A stretch of 54,661 nt of DNA, filler included, from Dimargaris cristalligena (taxonomy: Eukaryota): assembly GCA_003614675.1 (NCBI GenBank). It is 3 parts of 3 records of this genome, joined end to end, with 100 filler letters (N's around TTAATTAATTAA, not from the genome) between each part and the next. Parts side by side here need not be neighbours in the genome. Positions count along the whole stretch, not along the records: positions 1 to 18,203 come from ML002774.1; 2 more parts are not named here. One strand, 5' to 3'. The notes below the pieces were generated by a model, which saw only the letters and a list, made by a program, of their open reading frames with translations, did not search any database and was not told where the DNA came from. The translations under genes were made by a program, and so were the position numbers. Below are positions 1-12,806 of the stretch, piece by piece. Within the stretch, counting starts at the first letter, position 1; each line of letters begins with the position of its first letter.

Positions 1-54
1 ATTTATGACTGATAATTTATTGTCTACATTTCTAAGAATGGTCTGGCTGGACAT

Positions 55-641
55 TATTAGGTCATCTAATTTATCTTAATCTAGCTGGCTTAGACACCCA
101 ACCCTTATTAAGCCTTATAGTACTATATTAGCCCCCCCATAGTCACACTCAGTACCAATGGATCATTATTTATTATATAACTATCCCCCCCACTTAGACT
201 CTACCTCTTTTTACTAATTACCTAAGTACTAATCTATTAAACTCTTCTAATTACCACTAGAGTCTTCTGGATACTAGTAATCATCTAATTATCCTATTTA
301 CCTACTCTCTAGTCTTAGTAGTATCCTTCCCCTGGGACCTCCTCTTAGAGTTATCACTGTATATATATAACTGGGCCCTAGTGGGACTGATTAGATTCCT
401 TAGCTTATTCTAACCCCTTGTTTATTTTATAAACTCCCATTATACTTACCCCCTTATACTAACTAGTAAGTATACTTCCTATATGTCCCTTATATATATA
501 TATTACCCTTAGTCTCTATTTATTAATATTATACCCTGTACCTGATATTAGTGACTACTTAGCTAAGCCTAAGCCCTGCCTACTATTAGAGGCCTAAGGA
601 TAGGCCTCTTAATGGACTAAGAGTAGTTAACTTGGAAAACA
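55..641 (+). mobile_element. Degenerate solo LTR, family A, copy 1 (~587 bp)
   Basis: Aligns by eye along its length with 52545-53128 (shared blocks such as ttagattccttagcttattct, taagccctgcctac, atggactaagagt). Ends TATTAG...AAAACA versus family consensus TGTTA...TAACA. No CpG in 1-841. No TSD recovered. Confidence 0.75.
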
Positions 642-2413
642 GTAGTCTTTTTGGTTATAATTAGGCCTTTATTACTATAAGAAATTATTTAGTAGCCAAT
701 ACCTAATGGTAAAATATTGGGATCATTAAAACTGATAGCTTTAATAGCATATGACAATCACCAATTATTCAGCTTTACAATACCTACTAATGAATTTTAG
801 AACTACTATCCCTATTATAAAATATTTTAGGTTCCCCCACTCGGCTGTATAACACTCTTCTCAGATCTTTCAATATTATAGTAGACATCTTATTAACCGA
901 TATTAGGTAAATACTATGACACACCTATTATTATTAGACTACGTCATTAAAGTCGGTCTGTGTTACAAACCAAGGACGGCTTGGCAGCGCTTTACATTCC
1001 AGACCCGCTACTCCCATGATCTCCTATGTAAGGACTTCGATTATTTTATTCCCAGACCGCTTGGCAGCATACGTTTCCTCTACTCTCATGGCCTTTCTTT
1101 TCCACGGCCTTCGGAATCCTTACGAGTGCTTTGACTCCACACATCAGTGCTATTTGCCCGGTCAGACCAAAACATGCTGCGCGTAAAAGTAAGTGGTGCA
1201 GCTGGTTGATGGTGGCGGATATCTTTAAGTGGACAGTCATCCAATCAGTCAACTGGGCAATTCTACTTACAAATACACAGGTAAGATGAGCGCTTACGTA
1301 ATCCACCCCCGCTCATAAAGTAAGTGGCCACTATGTATACCTCTTAAAAATTCCTTGGCATGTATCCTTTCAGCATTCTGCTTAATCCCAAATGACATAT
1401 AAGGCCGTGTTTATTTGGCCGGTTTCGCTGATAGCTCGGCCAACCGGGGAGTTTATTCGATCCCGGTTGGGGCCAATAACTCAATGGGACGGCAAATGGG
1501 GAAAAGGCACACGCCCTTTCATATTACCTTTGATTTTTTTTATTCTAACGCTTAACGTACCCTTGAGTACAGCAATGCGCTCTCTTTTTACTCCAGCCAT
1601 TCAAGCGTGCAGCCAAGGCCACACTGCCCGTCTATTAAACAAATTGTTTCCCCCGGTGATAGTCCAACCGAATAGATAAAATGTACTACAATTATATATA
1701 TATATTTGTAATTGGTCATGGGTTGCTGCCCAGACTTAATGATATTGGGGTTTTAATGGTGAGAAAAACAATTGGCGCCGATGACTCGAACTACCACGCA
1801 CATTCACGGAAATTAAACCACCCGATGCTTCGTCATCACCCGGCAAGGGAATTCGACGTCAATAGGTACAGTTGTGATCACAAAAGGCCAAATGGATGGC
1901 TGGTCCCCCAAAACAGACCTTGGAAGATTCGTGGCCAGGACCAATTCCCTATAAATAAGGTTCAGAGAGGCGCTTAAACGAGTTATTTTTCCTTGATCCA
2001 TCAGTGTTACTATTTAATCGCCTCTTGGGCTTAGTCGTTTTGGTTCCATTCTATAGGACATATTCCCGGTTATCCTATACTGATTCCTAGGCTTTATGGC
2101 TATTTGAAAGGGTAGTTTATTGTATCGTGGCTGAGCTTAACGGGTCCCTGTTAGTTACGTTGGCCCTTTTAAAGGTGGATGCGGGCGCAACGTCCTTGAT
2201 TTCAATCCACCCATTTCATGGTATATCCCTTTGTTTCACTTCGACGCTGGCTGACTCCCTCGTACCATCGGCCTTTTACTCCCTTCCTGACTGCCTGGCA
2301 ATCTTTAGCGAGCGGCTTGACCTATTTCTTTTTTCCCCTATATTTTAAACATTATACACCCTATTCCACACGTTGAATAGCCCTGTTGAATCTGTGGATA
2401 ACCCGTTTTCGAG

Positions 2414-3836
2414 ATGCAGTTCGCTCTTGTAGTTCATATTCTGGCTATGGTGGGGGCCTACTTTCTCCTTATGCCCATCAGTGTTATGTTCGGCTTGGCT
2501 CGGTCCCGCTACCACTTGGCCCTACAACTTCTTACGGCCTGTTTGGCTGGGGTCGGCTATTTCTTCAGTTTCCTGGTTCGCACGGATGTGGGCTACAATT
2601 CCCACAAAGGCCTCGGATTTTTCATGCTGGTCACCCTGTTGGGCCAACTGGCCTGCGGGTTCTATAAGCTAGTGTTTCTGTCCCGGGCCGCTATTGACCA
2701 CGGCATCGATACGGACATTTCTGCAGACGCCGAACCCGTAGTGGGCTTACTGGGGGGGACTGCGTAACAATCCCCCGAAAGGGATCGTTAACCGCTGCCG
2801 GCACCTGCTGCACCGGGTCTTGCTCGCCGAAGGCACTTCGGACCCCCAACTACCCCGCCGCATGCATGTCGTCGTGTTTATCCATAAATGGCTGGATATA
2901 TGGACCCTGGTGTGGGCCTACATGGAGGTACTTCTGGGCACGTTGTCCACTTTGGGTTTCTGCTACGAACCAGAAACGGGCCGGTGTGCGGCCCACTTCA
3001 TCAAAGGATCCCTACTGGTCGGGTATGGAGTGATCCAGGTGGTGCTCCTGCGCCTCGGTACCGCCTGGCTGGCGCGGCGCGGCCGGCCCATCGAATACTT
3101 CGAAAGCCTGTTTTTCCTACTGTTCGGAACGGTCACCATCCTGCATGAACACGTACCCGGATCGGAGTGGAGCCACCGCGACTTGCAGCACACATCCATC
3201 GGGGTTATTTTTCTGCTCGGCGGCCTGGGCTCGTTCCTCATCAGCCGGTCGGGTTTCATCCGGACCCGCTCCCCCCTGTCGGCCCTGGTCTTCCTATTCG
3301 TCGGCATTTCCATGGGTTTCCACCACCAGCATACCCACATGGCTACCGCGGTACACGGTCTGTTTGGCACCGCTTTCGCGCTCACGGCCCTCTTCCGGCT
3401 CATTGAGATTATGCTGTTGTCCAACGACCCGCACGCCACGCTACTCACCTTGCACCCCCTCCAGATCGTCACGGCCTTTTTTGCTATCCTTTCGGGCTAC
3501 TTACTCATGGGGTCCACGAACGAGCAAACCAATTTCCTGATGGAGCACCATTTAGACGTGGGCTCCTACGGTATGATGCATGTCGCCTTCGCTTTTACGA
3601 CACTGACCATGGCGGTGGGCATGATTCTCCTTTACGAGACAGTGCGTGGTAAAAATGACACTAACGGTGGGAAAACCTCGCATGGTCCTGAGAGTGGTGA
3701 CTACCCACTTAGTCCCATGTCCTATAACACCACTGCTTCGTCGGGGGCCACCTACCATCCCTTGGATCAACACGGCTCAGACCGTGCATCAAGCGAGAAT
3801 ACCGTCTCTTTCGAAGCTTCCCATCATGACAAATGA
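2414..3836 (+). CDS. YTP1: YTP1/DUF2427-like multi-pass membrane protein (~473 aa) with an apparent +1 frameshift in the G7 run at 2752-2758
   Basis: Two ORFs (2414-2767 and 2820-3836) join into one frame if a single G is removed (..LLGGLRNNPPKGIV..). Recognised YTP1 motifs: N-terminal HILAM..LMPISVMFGLARSRYHLALQ, then CAAHFIKGS, WSHRDLQHTSIG, HGLFG, LLMGSTNEQ. The true 5' end could lie further upstream. Confidence 0.8.
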
Positions 3837-4003
3837 AGTAACGCATCCCTAGGGCAACCGCTTACATAGCACTATTATGGGACCCTTAGTGGACACCCTA
3901 ATAATACGTCTACATTTCTTTATTTATATTCGCCTATTAGTACCCATACATACATATTCATTTATAAATGCCTGTATATGCAAGAATCAAACAAATAGGC
4001 CGG

Positions 4004-6133
4004 TTAGGGGAGTAGTCGGCTGTGGTCTAGGTATTCCGGTTGCAATCGCAACCAGATCTCGTACTGAATCCGATGGCGGTCCACCGTAGTGCATGTTGAA
4101 ATAAATGAGTTAAGGCAGGTTTCCGAAGAGGCCCCTGGCGTATGACGGACCTTCTCCCACTCGCAAATGAGAGTACGGGCCGCTTCAGTCAGTGGGATGG
4201 GACATTCCCGATTTTCCGAAAACCCCCGAATTCCTCGTGCAGGTTCGGTATCATCCAAAGTGAGTTGGATGCCAATCACATCAAGATCGCGCTGCATTTG
4301 GGGCCAGACCTCATCGACATGGTTAACCAAGGAAGTGCCCCAACAAGAGATGGGGCGAGACTGTTTAATAGTGCCAAACTGGTATTGGAGATACAAACTG
4401 GTGGCATTCCGATAGTGATACCAAATTGACTCGTAGTCTGGATACAACCGAAGTAGATCCTCGGTAAAGAGAAGTTCAAAGATACCCACCATCTCCATAA
4501 TGAGTTGGTGCGAGTAAGAGGGGGCTTGGTTAGGTATACAAAGATCCAGAAGTCGGTAAACTGCCTGTAGCTCGGGAATGTCCAACAGTTGCTGGTCGGA
4601 ACATACCACTAAACCAATTTTCTGGGGAACAAATACTCGCTCCGCCAGTTGCAGCCACAATCCGAGAGCCTTCACGCAGGATATCGTAAAGTTACATGCC
4701 GAGTAGTCCCCAATGTGAAGTCGAATCCAAAGGTGGTTGGCGGCCCAAGCGTGCCAAAGAATCCGACCAATTGTGATATAATGAGCAACGGTCCTGGTAG
4801 CTAGCGGGCCATCCAAACATTCTAACAGGCAGTCCAGAAGGAATTGGCGGTAGTTCCAAGAGTAATAACTGCGAAGATAGATGGCGGCTGACCGGTCACA
4901 GAGGGCAAAATCGGCATTCAAAAGGGCTACGTAGTTATCTATGGGAATCTGGGATTGCAACTGGCGGTAGGCCCATTTGCTAACCAATACCCATGTACAT
5001 CATAGCCAAGCGGAATATAAGTAAAAACAAATTAACTAGGTCCAATGGTTTTGAGATTCCTGCCCTTAGTACCTGCTTTTCCTCGTTTGGCACCATTAGC
5101 CTAATAAGACCCTGGGCCTATTTAAATCATCCAAGGCACATTCAATAATAACAGGAAATTGGTCAAATAAGCACCACTTACCGATGGGCCCATATATCTT
5201 CGCAGCTGGAATATTTAGGTATACTCAAAGTCAGCTTAGTGAACCTGAGTTCGTGTAGAAGCAGTGCCGTCGACTTGGCATGCCCTTTAATATATGTTTT
5301 CCTATTTAGTGCAATTCAGAGATACATATTTTTTTTAAAAAAAAGCAAGGTTTTAGCAACCATTCGATACAGGCCAGTTAAGTGGCGTATGGATAATAAA
5401 TCACCGATGGGCCAGACGTAAACTAGGCTTACTTTACCTTGTGTTCCAAGCAGTATAATTGCGGTGATTGAATACCAGTAGACATTGCGTAATAGAGAGT
5501 TGCTCTTCAATGTGCGATTCCGAGGCACTTGCTATATGATTTGGGGATACCGGAGTAGTGATACTTAGAATTGATTGAGCCCAATTTCAACCGAAATATT
5601 CAATATGTACAAGAACCTATTTTAAAGTGGAGGAGCTCCCCTTGATCAACCAGACGAATAAAATATATCCGGCCTACCTAATTGGGGTTGGACTGAGTTG
5701 AGGCGTAGTTCTTTAAAGCACTGGTGAAGGAAACCGAACAGTTGGTGGCGAAGCGAAAGTGGGATACCTAATGAACCCTCGATTAGCCAAAACGGCCCCA
5801 CCTGACTCTCTGGGGGGAGCTGTAACGCATCACTTTCGCCAATATCGGGTATGAATTCAATTGTTTCGCTGATATTCGGGGACGAGATAGGTATATTATG
5901 AGGATAAGCAGGAATGTATGTAAGTATTATTTTATATTTAGATGGTGGTACTTGGGTAGTGATAACTCGGAAGAAAGAGAAAGTAATGGCTTAGGGCCCA
6001 AGGTATAGAGAGAATAATGGGTCAGTCGATGCCACGTCTACCGTCTAAAGGTACTTACATACATTTCATTCGATGGGTGGGATAAGAGGCTATTAAGCTG
6101 CCCGTAGTATTGGGCCAGGCTGCTATCGGACAT
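4004..6133 (-). CDS. PTAR1: Protein prenyltransferase alpha-subunit repeat protein (PTAR1-like), ~483 aa; exons 6133-6063, 5868-5678, 5531-5438, 5301-5182, 4979-4004
   Basis: Phase-consistent GT-AG model totalling 1452 nt, start in CACCATG context. PPTA-repeat motifs NYTAWNTRK, ELRFTKLTL..IWAHRKW, SYYSWNYRQFLL, WIRLHIGDYS, LYPDYESIWYHYR. Confidence 0.8.
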
Positions 6134-6496
6134 GGTGGCTTATAAACGGGGGTGAAATACGAATTTCGTTGAAGATGGGCTCGGGATGACTATCGACAAA
6201 TGGAGCTGAAGCTAATGTGCGAGACTGGGCTACACAAACCGGAACTAGCGAAATGAATACCACCCCGTCGCCTAATTCCTACAATAGGGGGGGGACTAGG
6301 TCGCTGAATCGTGAAAAAACAAAGCCAGTCGCAGTCTTTGGTCACTTCGGAAGCTTCACAACTAGTTTGCCATAGACTCCTTTGCTTTACATTTACGCGC
6401 TTTAATTCACGTTGCTTTTTTTCAGGTGCATTCCTTTAGTTTGTCCTATTCCGTTCCCCACTTATAGTGCCATCTTAAAATTCACCGACCGTCAAT

Positions 6497-7216
6497 ATGT
6501 CCGGCGTAAGTGTACATTATTCACCGCCCATTGTCCATGCTCCCTGACCAACGCGATCGTGTAATAGTTGGCCATTTCCAGCATAGTGCCCGAATGGCCC
6601 GAACTCCTTCTACACTGCGGCATTCTAACTCGTAACCTCCTTATGCTTAATCCCATGCGGCATAATAGATTCACTTCGTTAACCCCAAGCCATTCCTTCA
6701 AGATCTGACCGGCAAAGCCGTCATGGTCACCCTCAAGTGGGGCATGGAATACAAAGGCTTTCTTACATCCGTCGACTCGTACATGAATATTCAGGTAAGT
6801 AAATGTCCAAAATGGTCCCGTGGGACCTCCAGCACAAGAAGGCCAACCCGCCATTGCAATGTGTATATCGAATCCAGTGTTTGTTGTATCTGTTCTTAGC
6901 TTTGCTCATTTCTTTCCCCTATTTCATTTACTGTTGCTCAATTTCCGGCCTATTTAGCTGGCTAACGCCGAGGAATTCAAAGACGGAGCCTCCACCGGCG
7001 GTGTTCTTGGCGAGCTACTCATACGGTAAATATTATACTATCCAATACATCAGGTCACCAGTCTATGTCTTTGTATAGCTGCGGAATTCGTTTGAAATGA
7101 ATACCACCTAACTCGACTCCTTCCGTCCAAATTTAACGTTGCTTCCCATATTCCCCCCTAGGTGCAACAACGTGCTTTATATCCGGGGCATTGAAGAAGA
7201 AGGCGAAACCTCGTAA
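6497..7216 (+). CDS. SMX3: Small nuclear ribonucleoprotein F (SmF), 85 aa; exons 6497-6505, 6669-6794, 6958-7025, 7162-7216
   Basis: Spliced product [85 protein letters not shown] has the classic SmF Sm1/Sm2 motifs. All introns are GT-AG. Divergent from PTAR1 across 363 bp. Confidence 0.95.
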
Positions 7217-7557
7217 TTCTGCACTAGCATATATGTCTACTGGCAGCAATGTGTATTACAATCAACCAGTTATTTCCTCATAAAATCCGACATAACTTGT
7301 GCTACTCCTGTTGAACTATAGCTATTTGAGGCCTAGTCGCCATACCAATTACATCATTTACGCAAATACAACCGGCCCAGTTGTTTGAATACAGGCTAAT
7401 TAGAGGTACTTTTCATTTCGTTTTTGATAAAGTGTAATAGTGAAGGACTTTATTCGTAAAGATCTAGTTGTGGGTATATAGCCTTGTTAGTGCAGGCACA
7501 TTACTATCCCTGGATAGCTATATATGGGGATCCAAGTCAGGTTAATATATAGGTGAT

Positions 7558-8918
7558 CTAACCGCGGTGGTTACGGTAGTATTGAGCCACGTTCTGAGCG
7601 AAAATCTGTCCCTATTGGATACACAGGTTAAATTAACATGCAATAATAGAACTATTGTATGATTAGTAAACATGGCGATATCGAAAGATAATCGGAGAGT
7701 CTGGCTACCCATATTTTTACGCCTTACTTTTCTAAAGTATACCTAGGTGTAAAGGTAGCAAACCTAAAAGAACTTGGTGGTTTCTATTTTATCTAACAAG
7801 GGTAAAGTATGCACGTACCTGGGCCTCTGCGATGTCGATTTCATGTGGAGACGGCAGACGGGAACCGTCTCCATTGGTAATAGTACCCGCACCGTAGGCG
7901 CTCCCGCCCACGATCGCACTATTATCGAAGATGTGCGAAGAACGGGTCCCGAAGGGGACGTAGATCATCCCGTGGTGGGCCAGCGTTGTGATGAAGGTCA
8001 AGGCGGTGGATTCCTGGCCGCCATTTTGCGAAGCCGTGGAGAAAAAGGTGCCGGCCATTTTACCGCATAGGGCCTGCCTATTATGAGGGAAGGAGGTTTG
8101 AATCAAACGTAGAAATGATGATTGATGTAATTGGGGTTTAGACGGTGGATCATAAGCACTATGTAATAGTGTCCAACAGGAGGCATTGATATATTCCTAA
8201 ATAATGCCCACAATATAGCTGTCGGAGGGATGATGAGTAAATAGTGATGCCCTACTTTATCCAGAGCTGGCCAGTGGCATCCCAGAGATTCTTCCACTGT
8301 TCGGACATGTTGCCGAAGCGAGTCCTATACAAATAATAATGATTCAATAAAACTTGGCAGGTTAGATTAAATCATCTTCATTGGTTTCAGAATAATGCCG
8401 TTGCGATTATAAATGACCAGTACCGCATTCCCATGACGCAGGTGATTACAATTTATATAACATCCGACTTACGGAATACCGAACAAGAAAGCGTCAGCAG
8501 CGGCTAAATCGCTGGGGACGATGACGGGCACATTGGGTTTGGGCGGAGCGTGCATGGCGGCGAGAACTACCATCGAAGAAAGAATTTAGGGATGTCAAGC
8601 GAAACCAATTGACGGTGAGTGCATTAGTAAGGGAGAACCCAAAAGTATGCTCTGACGGCGGATGGTAGACCAAATGCCTACGCAATTGAAGATTGATGAT
8701 GGTACCCCTCTCCACTAGATAACAGGCCTAGTACGAAATCTGGGGCATATTCCATTTCATTTACCTTTGTCGTCCAAGGTTTCCTTGAGCTGGAACAAAT
8801 GGACTTCCACCTCGGACACCTTCTCTACGCCTTTCTTGATACTCTGGGCTAACGTGTAGACGTGCCCGTAAAGCGAGTAGAACACAATGAAAATCTTGGG
8901 CTTAGCGATGGCCGGCAT
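7558..8918 (-). CDS. PST2: Flavodoxin-like NAD(P)H:quinone oxidoreductase (WrbA/Pst2 family), paralog A, 209 aa; exons 8918-8765, 8566-8473, 8324-8256, 8077-7819, 7611-7558
   Basis: Motifs [65 protein letters not shown]. Phase-consistent five-exon model of 630 nt. The symbol denotes the family, not one-to-one orthology. Confidence 0.92.
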
Positions 8919-10043
8919 AGTGATGCGAGTAGGGAATTGAAGGTGGGGGGAGGGTAAAAGTATACGAGGGTGCAATATGGAGTGCGGAATAATAATCAAT
9001 AGGATGGATACGGAAAGACTAAGAATACCAACTGATAAATGAAGCGATCCGGTTGTAAAACAGCTTAGGTTTGTGAAACGGGGGGAATGGGCAGCATATC
9101 TAGTAGGCCAGGATGGTAGGATATAATCCGCAGATTCTAATCGGGCATTGCGCGTTCAAACCATCACCTGGAATACTGGGGGACTGATCCCTAATGGCTA
9201 TTTGCGGCTAGTTGAGAGCATTCCACTCCGAAACCAATTGGAAATAGCCCATTTAGGCACACCATCGTGATCGTTAGTAGAGACAGGGGGAGGGGAGGGG
9301 TTATGGGGCAATAGCATTCCCTTATTACAATCGGCCCGCGTAATTAGTGTAAAACCAGGGGAGTCCGATTAGCCCAGCTTGCTCCCAGGGGCTGTGCTAC
9401 TCCAGATTCGTAATAACAGATATTCATTTGTGCGCACCCGCTGGCCAGTCGTTGATACGATATCATATTTCAGAGGGACACAACCTTTACAAACTATGTG
9501 TGGCTTAGAGCGACGCAGAGATCGGAGGAATACAGTGGTGCATATTACACACATGGGGTTGTGATTGGGAGTAAGGTCGGTCATAGCTTGTTAACCACTA
9601 GTCGGACAAGGCTGTAGAACGGGCCATGTCTGGTTACGGACTATACAGGTATGATTGACAGCAGCTGACCTAGTCCTTAAATGGCTAATTCCCAAAGACC
9701 ATAAATCTAGCGATCTATTGAACCAGTCCCAGGCATTAAAATATTCCATCACATGTACGTAGACTACGTTGCTTGATGGTTCATTACAACCCACTGGTAA
9801 CAAGTTAGGCATGCCGAGTTGCGAAAAGAAGGAAACTTATGATATGGTTTTATTAAAAGATGAAAGGAGGAGAGCTGCATGCCCGAATTGATCAGGTAAT
9901 TAGGCAACCATGGACGATATTTAGGCGGGGGGCTAAGAATGTCTCGGCCAGACCCCCACACAATCGCCCAGCAAAACGAGGTCAGAGAAAAGCATGGGAC
10001 TAGGTTGATAGGTCACCATGCACAATTATACAAAAATCACTCC

Positions 10044-11154
10044 TTAAAGCTTCTCACCAACGAACTGCCGCACCGTCTTGGCGAACGACTCACCCTGGTG
10101 CTCGGCAATGGCGGCTTCCTTGGGAGTCACCTGGCGGGAACCGTCCCCGCCGGCCACGGTACCAGCGCCCCACGCGCTGCCGCCAATGACCTCGGAGTTG
10201 TCCTGGAGATTGGGGTGGGTGTAGCCCAGGGGTACGTAGATCATAGCATGATGGGCCAGGGTGGTCAACAGGGTGAAGGCGGTGGTTTCCTGGCCACCGT
10301 GCTGCGAACCAGTGGAGAAGAAGACACCGGCCATCTTGTTGTTCAGAGCGCCACTATAATAGTAAAAATGGGAGGGGGAAGACGGAGTATATAGGTTGAT
10401 AATAGAAGGGAAGGGTTAGATTGGCCCATGATCTCCACGAATTGACCATGGCCCCGAAACGAGCGAACCAGGTACAATATATACATATCGGAATCATGTG
10501 GTTGAGTATAATAAGGATTATTTTACTTACGAAACCCAGAGCTGACCAGTGGCATCCCAGAAGTGCTTCCACTGGGCGGGCATGTTGCCGTAACGGGTGG
10601 GAACACCGAACAGGAAAGCGTCACCGGCGGCCATGTCCTTGGGCTCCAGCACCGGGATCTCGGGCTTGGGGGGAGCGTGCATCTTGGTGAGAACTGTATG
10701 GGAGGTGGACAATCATTGGAATACCAGGGCGGTCGCGGGGAGGAAAGTGGAGAGGGGGGCGTGAATAAGGTTGGGTTAGATAAGCACGGACTGGGAGACC
10801 AGGGCAATGTGTGTGTGTGTGTGTGTGAATCGAATACAATTAAGTATATCTCGAAATACACTCAAGAAGCATGTTGAAGCAGGCGGTGACGAAGTAACCA
10901 CAGGGGGTAGAACACGACAAGTCAATACTACTAATACCACCGGGCCCGCCTAATTACTAGGCCAGCGGACACAACAGGGAAGGACAATGGGTCGTCAACT
11001 ACTTACCATCAGCAGGGAGGGTCTCGCGGACCTGGAACAGCTTAATGTCGACGAGGCCGGTCTTTTCGGCGCCCTTTTTGATGCTCTGGGCCAGATTGAA
11101 GACGTGGCCGTACAGAGAGTAGAGGACGATGTAGACTTGGGGACGAACAGCCAT
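10044..11154 (-). CDS. PST2: Flavodoxin-like NAD(P)H:quinone oxidoreductase (WrbA/Pst2 family), paralog B, 206 aa; exons 11154-11007, 10693-10531, 10353-10044
   Basis: Same family motifs ([39 protein letters not shown]). Exons of 148+163+310 nt with GT-AG introns. Confidence 0.93.
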
Positions 11155-11266
11155 GGTGGAGAGGGATATAAAAGGTGGGTGGGAGAAGAGTGGAGGAGTG
11201 ATGGTGGTATGGGGAATGAAGAGGTTAGCAATAATGTAGTGAAGAAAAGTGAAACCCGGGGGGAAG

Positions 11267-11302
11267 AGGCTGGGGTATATATAGGCTGGGGTATATATAG
11301 GC
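11267..11302 (-). promoter_or_regulatory. Tandemly duplicated 16-bp TATA-containing unit upstream of quinone reductase B
   Basis: AGGCTGGGGTATATAT x2 plus AGGC on the + strand (TATATATA on the coding strand), about 115-150 bp upstream of the ATG at 11154. Confidence 0.55.
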
Positions 11303-12806
11303 CCCATTCAACAGTGAGAGACCTCTTCAGCATGGACATTGCAGATTACACCCACGGTGGGCAGGTGAGGCAAGGGGCAGTCTCATTCCGCCCTCCTCGT
11401 TCATCAGCCCAATTTCCTTATTTGCACCTATTTCTAAGCACCATCCCTATTTTGGGTAACACGAGTCGGCCCCTCTGCCATTGACGCACTCCGTTCCCCT
11501 TTCTCCTCTGCTTGACATGTTAATAGATAACGGGGACAGTGTATCCTAAGGCCCTGTGGCAAGAGTCTCTTATGAGGTCGCTTACCAAATCCACACTGAC
11601 TAACCTCCCAAGGTACTTCTAATCTCCGTCCCATCGACCAGCTTGGCTAACCCCGCCGATAAATGGTGAGTATGGGTCTAGCCCATTCACTGTGGACGAA
11701 TGCGGGATAGTATCTTCTCCTATTTCCACTGTAGGTGTGTTCTGTCTTTTACCAAAGGACGATGATCCCTTCGAAACTCCCACCTCCCGGGCAGCCCAAT
11801 GACGGGGGGGGCCTCTCGAGCAGCGGTTCGCAACTCCGATAAGGCATTGGCTAGGCCGCAAGTGGTGGGGTCATTCCTCCGGCCAGTCGCTAACACTCGA
11901 CTGGTCTAGCGTGAGAGTCGAAAGCGGACTTGGGGAGAAGGGAGGGAAGGGTTGCAACTGTTTGTATTTTGGCCACAGTCAGGAGACACACCACCGAAAT
12001 GGCCGTAAGCCCTTCAATGTGAATGTGTTACTAAAGAAGTCGCCGCTACCCATGACGCCAGTCGGAGGCCCATAACTACTAACCGTTCCGGCCTGACTAA
12101 TCGGCACTAGACAGGGGCATTATAATCACGTGTGGGAGATGACCAATTGACAATTGACACTTTGGCCTGGCTATCTATTTTCCCACCTCACTACCTATAA
12201 TTTAGGTGGAAATGGGGACCGAATTTGTCCGGCCTGACGAATTCGGCCTTAATTCAAAAACAGCCGAAATCCCTACTGACTAAATACCGATGGTGATGGA
12301 ACAATAGCCATCATAATTTAAAACGACGCATTTCGGCTGGATGTAGATGGGACTGGTGGTCATTTAGAGCATACTGCTACTATGCAGAGGCAAACAGGCA
12401 TAAGTGCCATAGACGTAGTCTAACCCTGCTGCTAATGATTTGATCCAGCTAGTCGAATCAGGTTGCCGTGTCAACTCAGGGTACGATGACGACGTATATT
12501 TGAGCAAGTGTATGGTTATTCGTACAGCACCACCAGTACTCCCCCACCATAGGGATTGGAATACTCCCCGCCTCAAGGGCGAATCCATGCGTAAATCTTC
12601 GGTGGGGCCTAGGACATTAGGGCCCCCTCCTAACCACCGCTTACTAGCAAACCGAAATCAAGTTGCCCAAATAATTACACAATTTAACTAAAAGTTTATT
12701 GGGGTGACTTAAGAATGCCCGAGACTATCGTGGGTCATTAAATGAATACCAGTACTGCCAGAAGAGAGTCTAGCTTATGCACACGAGAGTTAGCCTCCGC
12801 AAATAC

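Noticed and set aside
12219-12270. Hammerhead-like CTGACGA...GAAA
   Set aside because: Stem II cannot close between CUGANGA and GAAA, and I found no compatible stems I/III. It is only an 11-bp hairpin at 12219-12246.
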